From assembly GCA_017650325.1 (NCBI GenBank), contig JAGCFC010000133.1:3214-67213 (forward strand): DNA of 64,000 nt, in the 5' to 3' direction. The notes under the pieces are model-generated. The model was not told where the DNA came from. It made no database searches and worked only from the letters and a program-made list of their open reading frames with translations. Below are positions 19,293 to 28,503 of this stretch, piece after piece. Origin of the DNA: Salinivirgaceae bacterium. Its GTDB lineage: Bacteria; Bacteroidota; Bacteroidia; Bacteroidales; SZUA-534. A program made the translations under genes and the position numbers. Numbering within the stretch: position 1 is the stretch's first letter; each line of letters opens with the position of its first letter.

Positions 19293-20590
19293 TATTTTGT
19301 ACCAGGGATAAGTTCAAGTATTTCTTTGACACTCATACACATATCGTTTGCCTCGAGCGAGCGGTGATGCGTGAGAATTAATTTTGCAGTGTTCACCATT
19401 GCGGGATAGGCCGAACGCAACATATGGTTTGCGTAGATAACAACATTCACGCCCCAACTTGCAAGTTCCTCTTCAGTTATCCAGTTGTAGGTTGTCGGCA
19501 CTACCACAATCGGTACCGACGTGTGCTTCTGACGGAATTTCTGGCAGAATTCCTTAATGTCCTCACCAGATTTGTTCTTGCTATGAATCATAATGCCATC
19601 GGCACCCGCCTCAACGTATGCGAAACAACGTTCAAGAGCATCTTCAACTGATTTTCCCGCGATAAGGATCTCGCAGCGTGCGATAATCATAAAATCCTGT
19701 GCGATTTGCGCTCTTTTTCCAGCTCTTATTTTTTCAGAAAAACCTTCGATTGAATCTTGCGTTTGGATTGCGTCGGTGCCAAAAAGAGAGTTTTTCTTCA
19801 AGCCGACTTTGTCTTCAATAATTATGGCCGAAACGCCCAACCGTTCCAAAGTCCTGACCGTGAACACAAAATGCTCGATTTTACCGCCAGTGTCACCATC
19901 AAATATGACTGGTTTGGTGGTGCATTCGAGCGCATCATTCAAACCGTGAAGTCTTGTTGTCAAATCAACGGCCTCAATATCAGGTTTGCCCTTGCTTGTG
20001 GAATCTGTCAGCGAACTAGCCCACATTCCGTCAAACTCTTCGGTCTTGTTGTTGACCTTGACTTTCGTCTTCTCAATGATAAGACCTGTCAAACCAGAAT
20101 GGCTTTCCATAATACGCACAATCGGTTTTGCCGCGATAAGACGTCTTAACATTCTCTGACGGATCTCTGGCGTTGTTCCAATCTCGCGAACTTCAGCATT
20201 CAGTGCAGTTGAAGAAATCCCTGGTGTGTATGGAATATCAACTACTTTGCCGCCCCATTTGGCAATACAGTCTATCACTCTTTGCCGTGTTTCCTTCTGA
20301 ACTCCCGTGAGCCAGTCATCACCGTGAACAACATAATCAGGTTTAAGTTTTTCAAGGTTGGGGACATAGTCCAAAGTCGTTTGCGGAACAACTCTTTCGA
20401 CACCCTTGATGTTTGATACTATTTCCGCACGCTGCTCATATGTCAAGTACGGAAGTCTTTTATAACTCGCAATTGCCGCATCTGTTAAAACACCAACGGT
20501 AACCTCTCCGAGTTTCATCGCCTCGTGAATGATGTTCAAGTGCCCGTGATGAATTAAATCGGCACTCATACCGCAATAGACTGTTTTCAT
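19292..20590 (-). CDS. pepM: Cytidylyltransferase-like domain fused to phosphoenolpyruvate mutase, copy 1
   Basis: 432 aa. The N-terminal ~130 aa is TagD/ECT-type ([25 protein letters not shown]). The C-terminal PEP mutase has [28 protein letters not shown] and IIEDK. Confidence 0.9.
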   Translation of the reverse strand: MKTVYCGMSADLIHHGHLNIIHEAMKLGEVTVGVLTDAAIASYKRLPYLTYEQRAEIVSNIKGVERVVPQTTLDYVPNLEKLKPDYVVHGDDWLTGVQKETRQRVIDCIAKWGGKVVDIPYTPGISSTALNAEVREIGTTPEIRQRMLRRLIAAKPIVRIMESHSGLTGLIIEKTKVKVNNKTEEFDGMWASSLTDSTSKGKPDIEAVDLTTRLHGLNDALECTTKPVIFDGDTGGKIEHFVFTVRTLERLGVSAIIIEDKVGLKKNSLFGTDAIQTQDSIEGFSEKIRAGKRAQIAQDFMIIARCEILIAGKSVEDALERCFAYVEAGADGIMIHSKNKSGEDIKEFCQKFRQKHTSVPIVVVPTTYNWITEEELASWGVNVVIYANHMLRSAYPAMVNTAKLILTHHRSLEANDMCMSVKEILELIPGTK

Positions 20591-22467
20591 ATACTATTTT
20601 GATTTTTAATTATTTTCATCGATTCCGAATCCTTCTTATACTCAATAAAAGGCATAAATGAAAGGAACGCAAACAGCGGGAAACTGAAATGACTGCTGCC
20701 GCTGAACATACTGAAAAACATACAGCACAGATACATTATGAAGAAAATGCCCAACTCCTTGCGACGCTTCCAATATAGCCACAAACTTGCTATCAAAAAG
20801 ATGATATAAACCACACCGCCAATAATACCCGAATATAGGAACGATGAGATGATTGGATTGTGCGGGAAATCGTGGCGATCTGGATTTTTCCAAAAACGTT
20901 CTCCATACCATTCAAGATATTTGAATCCTTGACCAAAGATTTTCTGCTTAGTATCATAGCGTGTCTGCCATAACTCAAGAGCGTAGCGCCAACGGTCGGT
21001 ACGGGTATTCATCAAATAGTTTACTGTGTCTGCACCTTCCTTTACGAAGAAACTGTGAATAACACTATCTGGCAATTGGTCGGCATACATCGGAAGGCCT
21101 GTGGTGTCATCGCAAGTTAGACTTATGTCTTTAACTTCGATTGTGGAACCTGCGCGTAAAGAATTTAAAAAACATTCCGAATTTAATTTGTCAACATTAA
21201 ATTTATATAAAACCTCACAACGATTCCAAACACCATCTATTGATGTAATTGAAACTGGTAGATTATTTCTATAACCATGCCCATCATTTCCTCCCCAACC
21301 CACATAAAAAGGCCGTTCACCTCCTTCCAACACTCTATATGAGAACGAAAGATTGTATATAATATCTTTATGATAAATAATCGGACGACCAGAATAATAG
21401 ATTTGCCAATAGCCATTAGAGCAGCCTCGCGTTACTCTAATGGCACTATCACCATTTTCTGTAGCGACAAGATTAAATCGTATGCAATCGTGCGGTGTCG
21501 GCAAATAATTCCAACCTTCCAAACCACATTTCAAATCACCATTATGGAACAAATTATCGCCAATAGAATAATCATGCCTCGGCTGACATTTCATCTTCTG
21601 TTTGAAATCAAATTCCGAAAACGTAACGCCATCATCGAACAGTGTGTATAACTTATAATACTTGTATTTTTCATCGAATGACAAATCTTCGTTATATATC
21701 TTGTTGAAAGACAAACAAACAACAGTTCCACCAATAATAGAAAAAACGATTGGCATCAAACTAACCGACAATAATTTTTTATCCCAACGGTATTTGAATA
21801 CGGCCAACATAACTAAAACAAAAACGAGTAACGCAAAAAGCACATACCCTCGCCGTGACATGACCGCCGCGATGTTTATTGCTGATATTGCATTGATTAC
21901 AAAAAGAATTCGAACATTTGTTTTCTTATTAACATAAAACTTTACCGACAGAATGATAGATAATATGAAAAATAGAGCATAGAAATTACAATCGTTGACC
22001 AATGTGAAACCTACTCCCTCAAAAAGTTTGGCACCCAATGGGATTGGCGCACCTAACATCGTCAATCCAAACCTAACAATGGCTATCAATCCTGCCAACA
22101 TCGTAAGCAGAAGAATCCATTTCAATAACGCTTCTGTTTTTTCGCCCGCAAAATACAAATCCGCAAAAGCCACGAAATACAACAACAGCAACAGATTGAT
22201 CGATTCTTTCACGACGTTACTCAACGGCGCGAAATGAGCGAAAAACAATGCAATCACCATTAGCGGCAACAAAACTTTACCAATTTTTGGTTTGGCAATT
22301 CCATTTTTCAGCAAATAATATGCAGAATAAACGACACACGGCACAAGTGTCAAGAAAAATAGATACTTATAGCCGATGAACACCGTGCGACAAAAAAATA
22401 ATGCCAGACATAGGGGCATTATTTTCTCAACATTCCGCAGGCGTTCTATGTTATTCATTTTTAGCAT
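20587..22467 (-). CDS. Wzy/O-antigen-ligase-family membrane protein with an inserted CBM-like beta-sandwich domain
   Basis: 626 aa with about 8 N-terminal TM helices. It has the SRRG motif, the family loop signature RWRYALELW...FGQGFK...[17 protein letters not shown], and C-terminal TMs. Residues ~300-455 are soluble and open with [16 protein letters not shown], a CBM4/9-type opening motif. Confidence 0.7.
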   Translation of the reverse strand: MLKMNNIERLRNVEKIMPLCLALFFCRTVFIGYKYLFFLTLVPCVVYSAYYLLKNGIAKPKIGKVLLPLMVIALFFAHFAPLSNVVKESINLLLLLYFVAFADLYFAGEKTEALLKWILLLTMLAGLIAIVRFGLTMLGAPIPLGAKLFEGVGFTLVNDCNFYALFFILSIILSVKFYVNKKTNVRILFVINAISAINIAAVMSRRGYVLFALLVFVLVMLAVFKYRWDKKLLSVSLMPIVFSIIGGTVVCLSFNKIYNEDLSFDEKYKYYKLYTLFDDGVTFSEFDFKQKMKCQPRHDYSIGDNLFHNGDLKCGLEGWNYLPTPHDCIRFNLVATENGDSAIRVTRGCSNGYWQIYYSGRPIIYHKDIIYNLSFSYRVLEGGERPFYVGWGGNDGHGYRNNLPVSITSIDGVWNRCEVLYKFNVDKLNSECFLNSLRAGSTIEVKDISLTCDDTTGLPMYADQLPDSVIHSFFVKEGADTVNYLMNTRTDRWRYALELWQTRYDTKQKIFGQGFKYLEWYGERFWKNPDRHDFPHNPIISSFLYSGIIGGVVYIIFLIASLWLYWKRRKELGIFFIMYLCCMFFSMFSGSSHFSFPLFAFLSFMPFIEYKKDSESMKIIKNQNSI

Positions 22468-22501
22468 TTAAAAGATATCGCTTCCTTATATTATATGCAT
22501 C

Positions 22502-22549
22502 TTCTTTTTTCAATAGTACACTTTATAAAGTGTACTATTGAAAAAAGAA
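22502..22549. repeat. Perfect 48-bp palindrome (24-bp arms, no spacer)
   Basis: TTCTTTTTTCAATAGTACACTTTATAAAGTGTACTATTGAAAAAAGAA was checked base by base. It lies in the only large (279 nt) intergenic gap of the locus. Confidence 0.97.
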
Positions 22550-22746
22550 TCCTAAGATTTATGCCATACAAACAAAACTCTGCAAATTATTTAATATGTC
22601 GACAGACAATCAATCAAATCAACGCCAACACAGCAAATCTTCCTTGTGTAAAAAATAATAATTGAAAAAATCACTATTATTTAAACTATTCTGCTCCTAA
22701 TTCGATTAAATAACCGTCTTTAGAATGACGAGAAACAATCGACTAA

Positions 22747-24846
22747 CTACTTAATCAAAAGCGATCTTGTATCGCTACCTATCTTAACAATGTAAATACC
22801 AGAAGCATTGACTCTGATTTTTGCATCTAAATTGTTAGATGTAGCAACAAGACTTCCTTTATTATTATAAACTCGTATTGAATACTTTGCGTTCTTTACA
22901 ACAATAGTGCGTCCAATTGCGTAAACTATATTTTCTGACGTAATCGATTCTTTGATAACTGTTGAATTTGACAAATGTGAACCTTCAGCTATTCGCGTAT
23001 CTGTTACACCACAACCCCGTTCACATATTGCAGTTTCAGTGCCATCTCTATCTATTGTTGCATCGTTGTTATAAATATAGTTTTTGAAATCATGACCTAA
23101 AGCAGGAATAACATCTTGAGTCACTAAAACTGCATTACAAATCGAGCAATGCCTACCTTCTGACAATCCTGTGTTGGTGCATGTTGGTAGAACTGCCGCA
23201 TCAATCACACCTGTGTGTTCTATAACTTTATAAGTTTGTTCCGCATTAGTGACCCATACTCTTTCTGTCTGTCCGGCATATAACACATTCGATTCAAACA
23301 AAACCTTAAACTTATTACTACCCAATGATATATATGTCATTCGTTCATGAGGTTCATTTGACTCAATGGTACCTATAACATTACCAGTCAAGCCATAGTA
23401 TTTATATCGTTCTTCTGACCAAGTATTTGTTTCGGGAATATATTTATAATCAGCAGAAATGGTTAAATTACCGTCAGCATCATAAAAAGATTCACGTTTT
23501 GAAGTACACCATTCATGTTCGGAACATTGGTAGTAGGAGATTTCAACTATTTGATTTCCATTATTATCATACATGTATTCATGGTTATCCGTACATTCGT
23601 TACCATAAAAAAGAGAGGATCGTACTAACTTCCCATTATCATCATAAACATATTCTGTTTTCCAATTATTCATCCACAAATTTGCTGTTTGATTCCAACT
23701 GTAATGATTTCTTATTGTTTTGTTTCCATTGGCATCGTAAATCCATTCATCTTTTACCTCACCAACCCATTCATTCTTCTCGGAATTCCAATTGAATTTA
23801 GCATCAAGTATTCGGTTACCATTTGCATCATAATCATATTCTGTTTTCGCGCAATCTATCCATGAGTTTGTCTCTGCTTTAAAAATGCTTAATACATAAA
23901 GTATTTGTTGACCAATTTCGTTGTAAGTATATTCGAATTTTCTTGTATTCACCAATGCATTATGTTCCAATTTCCATTCTGAACAAGTTACTACGACTTT
24001 GTTTTCTTTTGAATTATAAACATATTCTGTATGTGTTTTATTCAACCAAGACTGAGTTAATTCGTTTCTCACATAGACATTACTCGATATGGGCTTCCCA
24101 ATTTCATTGAAAGTCGAATCTTCTTTTCGTTCGCACAGCCATGAGTCAGGGTCGTTACTCCAAACGTAATCAGCATAATGGATTTGATGACCATTATCAT
24201 CATATTTATATTCTTTTTTATAAATATACCTCCATGCGTTTATCTCTGTATCCCAGCCATAACGAATTTCAAAAGTTATTTTTTTATCACCATTAAAAGT
24301 ATATTCTGTAAAATATCCATATCCATTGCCATCCCAAATATTTATTTCGGGATTCCATCGATAACGAGCAAAAGATGTTCTATTACCATAATCATCATAC
24401 ATTGTTTCGTCTTTTGTGTCGTTATTCCATGTATTTGTTTCCGCATTCCAACGATATTCAATAGAAAGTGTCATATTTCCATTTGCATCATAGGCATACT
24501 CTGTTTTTCCAACATTATTCCACAAGTTTGTTGTAACGTTCCACCTATAATTAATACTAAGTATCTTATTTCCAGCCACGTCATAAGTGTATTCATGTTT
24601 AATACTTTCCTCCCAAGATCCTGTTTGGTTATTCTTTTTGTAGATAACATACTGGATTGCTCTTCCTTTAGAGTCATATATATATTCATATTTGTTTGTG
24701 CCTCGAACCTCAGATTCTTTCACTATTTTGCAAACAGAGTGATCTAATATGCCATTAGAATACCACTCATTATCAAAAAAACTCTGAGCATTTGCAAAAA
24801 AAGCACTCATCAATATGATACCAATAGTAAAAACAAATCTTTTCAT
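22747..24846 (-). CDS. T9SS-secreted repeat protein (YD-like 31-residue repeats, Cys-rich module, type A C-terminal sorting domain)
   Basis: 699 aa with a signal peptide (MKRFVFTIGIILMSAFFANAQ). It has about 14 tandem repeats of K-x-E-Y-x-Y-D-x-x-G-N-x6-Y-x-W-N-x2-T-N-x-W. The C-terminus ...ASGIYIVKIGSDTRSLLIK is typical of the T9SS type A CTD. Confidence 0.75.
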   Translation of the reverse strand: MKRFVFTIGIILMSAFFANAQSFFDNEWYSNGILDHSVCKIVKESEVRGTNKYEYIYDSKGRAIQYVIYKKNNQTGSWEESIKHEYTYDVAGNKILSINYRWNVTTNLWNNVGKTEYAYDANGNMTLSIEYRWNAETNTWNNDTKDETMYDDYGNRTSFARYRWNPEINIWDGNGYGYFTEYTFNGDKKITFEIRYGWDTEINAWRYIYKKEYKYDDNGHQIHYADYVWSNDPDSWLCERKEDSTFNEIGKPISSNVYVRNELTQSWLNKTHTEYVYNSKENKVVVTCSEWKLEHNALVNTRKFEYTYNEIGQQILYVLSIFKAETNSWIDCAKTEYDYDANGNRILDAKFNWNSEKNEWVGEVKDEWIYDANGNKTIRNHYSWNQTANLWMNNWKTEYVYDDNGKLVRSSLFYGNECTDNHEYMYDNNGNQIVEISYYQCSEHEWCTSKRESFYDADGNLTISADYKYIPETNTWSEERYKYYGLTGNVIGTIESNEPHERMTYISLGSNKFKVLFESNVLYAGQTERVWVTNAEQTYKVIEHTGVIDAAVLPTCTNTGLSEGRHCSICNAVLVTQDVIPALGHDFKNYIYNNDATIDRDGTETAICERGCGVTDTRIAEGSHLSNSTVIKESITSENIVYAIGRTIVVKNAKYSIRVYNNKGSLVATSNNLDAKIRVNASGIYIVKIGSDTRSLLIK

Positions 24847-24879
24847 AATTGTACGTTAAAATGAGGAAACGGGAATAAT

Positions 24880-26055
24880 CTATTTCGCTTTTTCTATTAT
24901 GTTTTCGATTATAAATTCTGCAGTTGCATCTATTTCATTAAAATGTACTTTTTTAGGCAAAGATACTAGAAATCTATCTTTCACTTTAACAAGCAATTCA
25001 TCAGTATAAGTCAACACTCCATTGTCCACATTCTCAATACCATCAAGATAAATTGACTCTCGGTTTTTCTTCTGCATATCAGTTAACGAGAACTTTGATT
25101 CATCAATAGAAACACCATCGCTGTTAATAATTATAGGATAACCACCAATATTACCATCAAATCCGGGACAATGCAACTTAGTTTGTTTACCATATCGAAC
25201 TGCATTTAAAATTCCCTGAATTATTTCGAAATTGCTCGAAGCATTCATCATATTACGTTTCCCATCAACAGGCATAGATATTTTGCACTTGGAAAAGGTG
25301 GAATCTAGTACTTCAAGTTTTTTCCCCTGGTATTCTGCACAAATAAGTTGTTTCACCCCTTCTGTCTGACCTTCCTTACTTATAACAACATCATGAAAAT
25401 GTGCAACAGCGTAAGTAATATCAATATTCCACCAGTCTTTAATATTATTCTCCTGAGAAAGTGCAAATTTTATGCGAGGAAGCAAGTGATTGATATTACC
25501 AGAACCAAAATCAGGATAAGCTTTGCCTGCGGTTTTTAGCCATGGTATAACAGCATCTGAATATGACGTATTAATTACAATTGCATCTGATTGTGCAATT
25601 GTATATGCTTCCATAATATTCTTGGTATATTTAATTGACAATGGAGTCCAAATACCATACGCACGGAAATTTGACCACGATATGCTACCATATTTTAGTC
25701 CGGGATATGCTCGACTTGAATTAACAATAATATCTGGACAAATATCCGAAATAGCATCAACAATTGTAGAAATATTATCCAAATCCACACCAGATTTTAT
25801 GATAACATTAGTCCTGTTTTGACGTCTGATAAACGACGCAACACGAATAATGTTGACATTCATTTCCATTTTTTCATACGAACGACCAGCAACAACGATT
25901 TCAATTTTATCATCATTAGTTGACATCAGGTAATCCAGCAGATAACATCCTACGCTACCTAACCCAATAATCATTATTTTTATTGGACGATTATCCAAAT
26001 TTTTGTTTTTAATTTCACTTAATTTTTCGTTTAAAGTTTTCATATTATTAATCAC
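24880..26055 (-). CDS. Rossmann-fold NAD(P) oxidoreductase, saccharopine / carboxynorspermidine dehydrogenase-like (tentative)
   Basis: 391 aa. It has an N-terminal GxGxxG (KIMIIGLGSVGCYLLDYL) followed by ...VVAGRS.... Length and layout resemble the saccharopine dehydrogenase family. It overlaps the upstream gene by 4 nt. Confidence 0.45.
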   Translation of the reverse strand: MINNMKTLNEKLSEIKNKNLDNRPIKIMIIGLGSVGCYLLDYLMSTNDDKIEIVVAGRSYEKMEMNVNIIRVASFIRRQNRTNVIIKSGVDLDNISTIVDAISDICPDIIVNSSRAYPGLKYGSISWSNFRAYGIWTPLSIKYTKNIMEAYTIAQSDAIVINTSYSDAVIPWLKTAGKAYPDFGSGNINHLLPRIKFALSQENNIKDWWNIDITYAVAHFHDVVISKEGQTEGVKQLICAEYQGKKLEVLDSTFSKCKISMPVDGKRNMMNASSNFEIIQGILNAVRYGKQTKLHCPGFDGNIGGYPIIINSDGVSIDESKFSLTDMQKKNRESIYLDGIENVDNGVLTYTDELLVKVKDRFLVSLPKKVHFNEIDATAEFIIENIIEKAK

Positions 26056-26792
26056 ATTAGTTTTCTAACAAATTCATAATCAGCAACAGTATTGCAATTA
26101 AACCATTCTGAAAAAGAAACCACATCATATTCTGTAGGGTTCATATCACCGAAATACGCTTGAACAATCTCAAGGTTTGTGCCATGTAATTGGGTTTCAG
26201 TCAAAGTACAAACAGCCTCGTGAAGTTTTTCTGAAGAAGCGAATTTCCACATTTGCCCACTATTAAAAATTGCCCTAAAAGCTTCTGGAACAATCAATGT
26301 TTTATGATTGGTATCATACAGATAACGTGGTTTTCCATCAGAGTTTATGTATAATGCAACTGCCTTGTCTGAATAAATCGGTTCACGGTTAATGGTAATG
26401 ACATTTTTTGATGAATCATAAACTTGTTTGAATGTATCTGCATTAAAAAACAAATCACCCTCTACAAAGGTAACATCACCTTGTTCGTTAACTGCTTCAA
26501 TTCCTTTAAAGAGGCTATAACCTGAACCATAATCTCTAAAATGTTCATTAAAGACAAGTTCTATTTTGTCTCGATAAGATCCAAGTTCATTATTTGCAAA
26601 TTGCTCCAATTTATCAAACAAATAACCGCCTACAATTATATATTTATCGTAGTACCCACAATTTTTCAACAACTGAGACAAAAGAGAATACTTAGAGTTG
26701 TCTGTGTAATATAGACATTTGAGTGTATCCTCTTTTGTATCACGATTAAAGCGAGTGGCAGTTCCTGCTACTGTAATTATTAAGTATTTCAT
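26052..26792 (-). CDS. Nucleotidyltransferase-fold protein (LicC / sugar-phosphate NTP-transferase-like, tentative)
   Basis: 246 aa. The N-terminal MKYLIITVAGTATRFN resembles the (A/G)GxGTR(L/F) NTP-binding loop. It has 4-nt overlaps on both sides. Confidence 0.5.
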   Translation of the reverse strand: MKYLIITVAGTATRFNRDTKEDTLKCLYYTDNSKYSLLSQLLKNCGYYDKYIIVGGYLFDKLEQFANNELGSYRDKIELVFNEHFRDYGSGYSLFKGIEAVNEQGDVTFVEGDLFFNADTFKQVYDSSKNVITINREPIYSDKAVALYINSDGKPRYLYDTNHKTLIVPEAFRAIFNSGQMWKFASSEKLHEAVCTLTETQLHGTNLEIVQAYFGDMNPTEYDVVSFSEWFNCNTVADYEFVRKLM

Positions 26793-27781
26793 TTTTCAAT
26801 GCTATTTACGCACATTGTTAGACCTTCGTCTAATGATATAATTGGTTTCCAATTGGTTCTGTTCCGTATTTTATCGGTATTAAGAAGTCTACGCTCTGGA
26901 TCAGATTTGCGGAAACCCTCAAATTTGATTTCCACATCCACAATACCCATCTTGTTGGCAATCTTTTTCACAAGTTCAATAATTGTAACTTCTTCTTCTG
27001 TTGCCACATTATAAACAGTACCATCAAGTGCATTTTCAGATTCAATTAATGCCATAACAGCCCGACAACTATCAATATTATGAAGAAATGTCCGCTTATT
27101 AACCTTAGAATTCTCTAAAAGAGTTACTACGTGGCTAGCAAGTAAATTGTCAATGATATGTGGAATTATGTGTTCAGCAAAACGCTCGTGTTTACTATAC
27201 ACATTAGCAAAACGAATTGAACATCCTTTAATATGCTTTTTATCAACAGCATCTTTCATAAAAAATTCTGTCATCAATTTACCACAAGCATAACTTGTTC
27301 GTTGACTATGTTCTGCTGTTGACATTGCCAAATAATCACTTTCCTTAACACCTCCGTTCTCATTCCAAGATTGCATAGAATATACCTCGGAAGTAGAGCA
27401 ATTAATAAAAGTATCGGCTTTTAATGCAATTGCTCGTTCCAAAAAGTCTTTCATTGCTAACACATTTGTTTGGAAAGTACTTTCCACTTCATAGAAATGT
27501 TTTGTATGAACAACCGCTGCACAATTAATAAAAACCAAACGGTGATACTCAGATTGCATACTCCTCACTTTTTCACAAACCTCATCCATTTGGACTAGGT
27601 TGTTAATATCATAATTATAGAATATAAACGAAGGATTATTAACTATGGCTTTAACAGTATCGATAGAACTTGCAAAAAAATTATCGAACCCGATTACAGT
27701 ATGCCCCTGAGCAACGAATTGTTGTGATAGTTCACTACCAGTCATCCCTGTAACGCCACTTATAACATATAGATTTTTCAT
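26789..27781 (-). CDS. NAD-dependent epimerase/dehydratase (extended SDR)
   Basis: 330 aa. It has GVTGMTGSEL (GxxGxxG) and the catalytic YACGK (YxxxK). Confidence 0.8.
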   Translation of the reverse strand: MKNLYVISGVTGMTGSELSQQFVAQGHTVIGFDNFFASSIDTVKAIVNNPSFIFYNYDINNLVQMDEVCEKVRSMQSEYHRLVFINCAAVVHTKHFYEVESTFQTNVLAMKDFLERAIALKADTFINCSTSEVYSMQSWNENGGVKESDYLAMSTAEHSQRTSYACGKLMTEFFMKDAVDKKHIKGCSIRFANVYSKHERFAEHIIPHIIDNLLASHVVTLLENSKVNKRTFLHNIDSCRAVMALIESENALDGTVYNVATEEEVTIIELVKKIANKMGIVDVEIKFEGFRKSDPERRLLNTDKIRNRTNWKPIISLDEGLTMCVNSIEK

Positions 27782-28503
27782 ACTCCAAATTTTAATCTTG
27801 TTTTATAAAATTCATCAACATTGCTAGTAAAACTATTTTGTTCCACAGCATAATTATATTTCAATTTAATAAATTCACAATTTTCGGTATTAGTATCAAA
27901 AATAACAAATTGAGAATAAGGATTAATATTTCTCGGCTGTCCTACTGAACCAGGATTAATAAAAATAGTTTTTTTCTGATTCCGTGTATTTACATTATCT
28001 GTGTTAAAAAACTTTTCAAAAAAGATAGGACGATGCGAATGTCCCATCAACACTACATCGTAAGAATAGTAAAGAGACAGATCGTTGGAACAGTCAAACT
28101 TACCCCAATAAGTATCATCAATCGTGCCGTGGACAGCAAGAAAATGTTTTCCATCTATCAAGAACTCTGACTTACCATCCTTTGTCATCTCTGTCAAGAT
28201 ATAGTTCTTACTTTGTTCTGTAAGAAGAGTTTTTGTATTTTTGGCACAATCAACGCCTCGCCGAGACGAAAAACGACCGTAATTATCATTGATTATAGCA
28301 TCCTCATGATTACCAAAAATATTACACACAATAGGAATTTTCAAAGCAGCAACCATCTCAACAACCTCGTTGGAATGAGGGCCATAATCAATCAAATCAC
28401 CCAACAAAGCAACAAAATCCAACTCCATATTTTTAATATATGAAAATACAGACTCAAGTGCTGTTTTGTTTCCATGAATATCTGACAAGATAAGCAATTT
28501 CAT
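27778..28503 (-). CDS. Metallophosphoesterase (YfcE/MJ0936-like calcineurin-fold)
   Basis: 241 aa. It has SDIHGN, GDLIDYG, GNHE, VHG and GHSH, the complete metallophosphoesterase motif set. Confidence 0.85.
   Translation of the reverse strand: MKLLILSDIHGNKTALESVFSYIKNMELDFVALLGDLIDYGPHSNEVVEMVAALKIPIVCNIFGNHEDAIINDNYGRFSSRRGVDCAKNTKTLLTEQSKNYILTEMTKDGKSEFLIDGKHFLAVHGTIDDTYWGKFDCSNDLSLYYSYDVVLMGHSHRPIFFEKFFNTDNVNTRNQKKTIFINPGSVGQPRNINPYSQFVIFDTNTENCEFIKLKYNYAVEQNSFTSNVDEFYKTRLKFGV

Noticed and set aside
18543-19367. A 274-aa ORF on the plus strand, antisense to the Fe-ADH gene. Similar long antisense ORFs occur at 4733-5470 and 5076-5645 inside guaA, 15553-16092 inside the 884-aa gene, and 24178-24747 inside the T9SS gene.
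   Set aside because: They lie entirely within strongly supported genes on the other strand. Their composition is low-complexity or skewed (Arg/Cys-rich, or Ile/Phe-rich in AT-rich DNA), and they have no recognisable motifs. They are typical shadow ORFs.
22502-22549. Reading the 48-bp palindrome as a bidirectional Rho-independent terminator.
   Set aside because: Because the sequence is self-complementary, both strands read T-tract, stem, A-tract. The U-run is therefore on the 5' side of the hairpin in either transcript. That is the wrong geometry for an intrinsic terminator. It is kept as an unexplained element in the findings.
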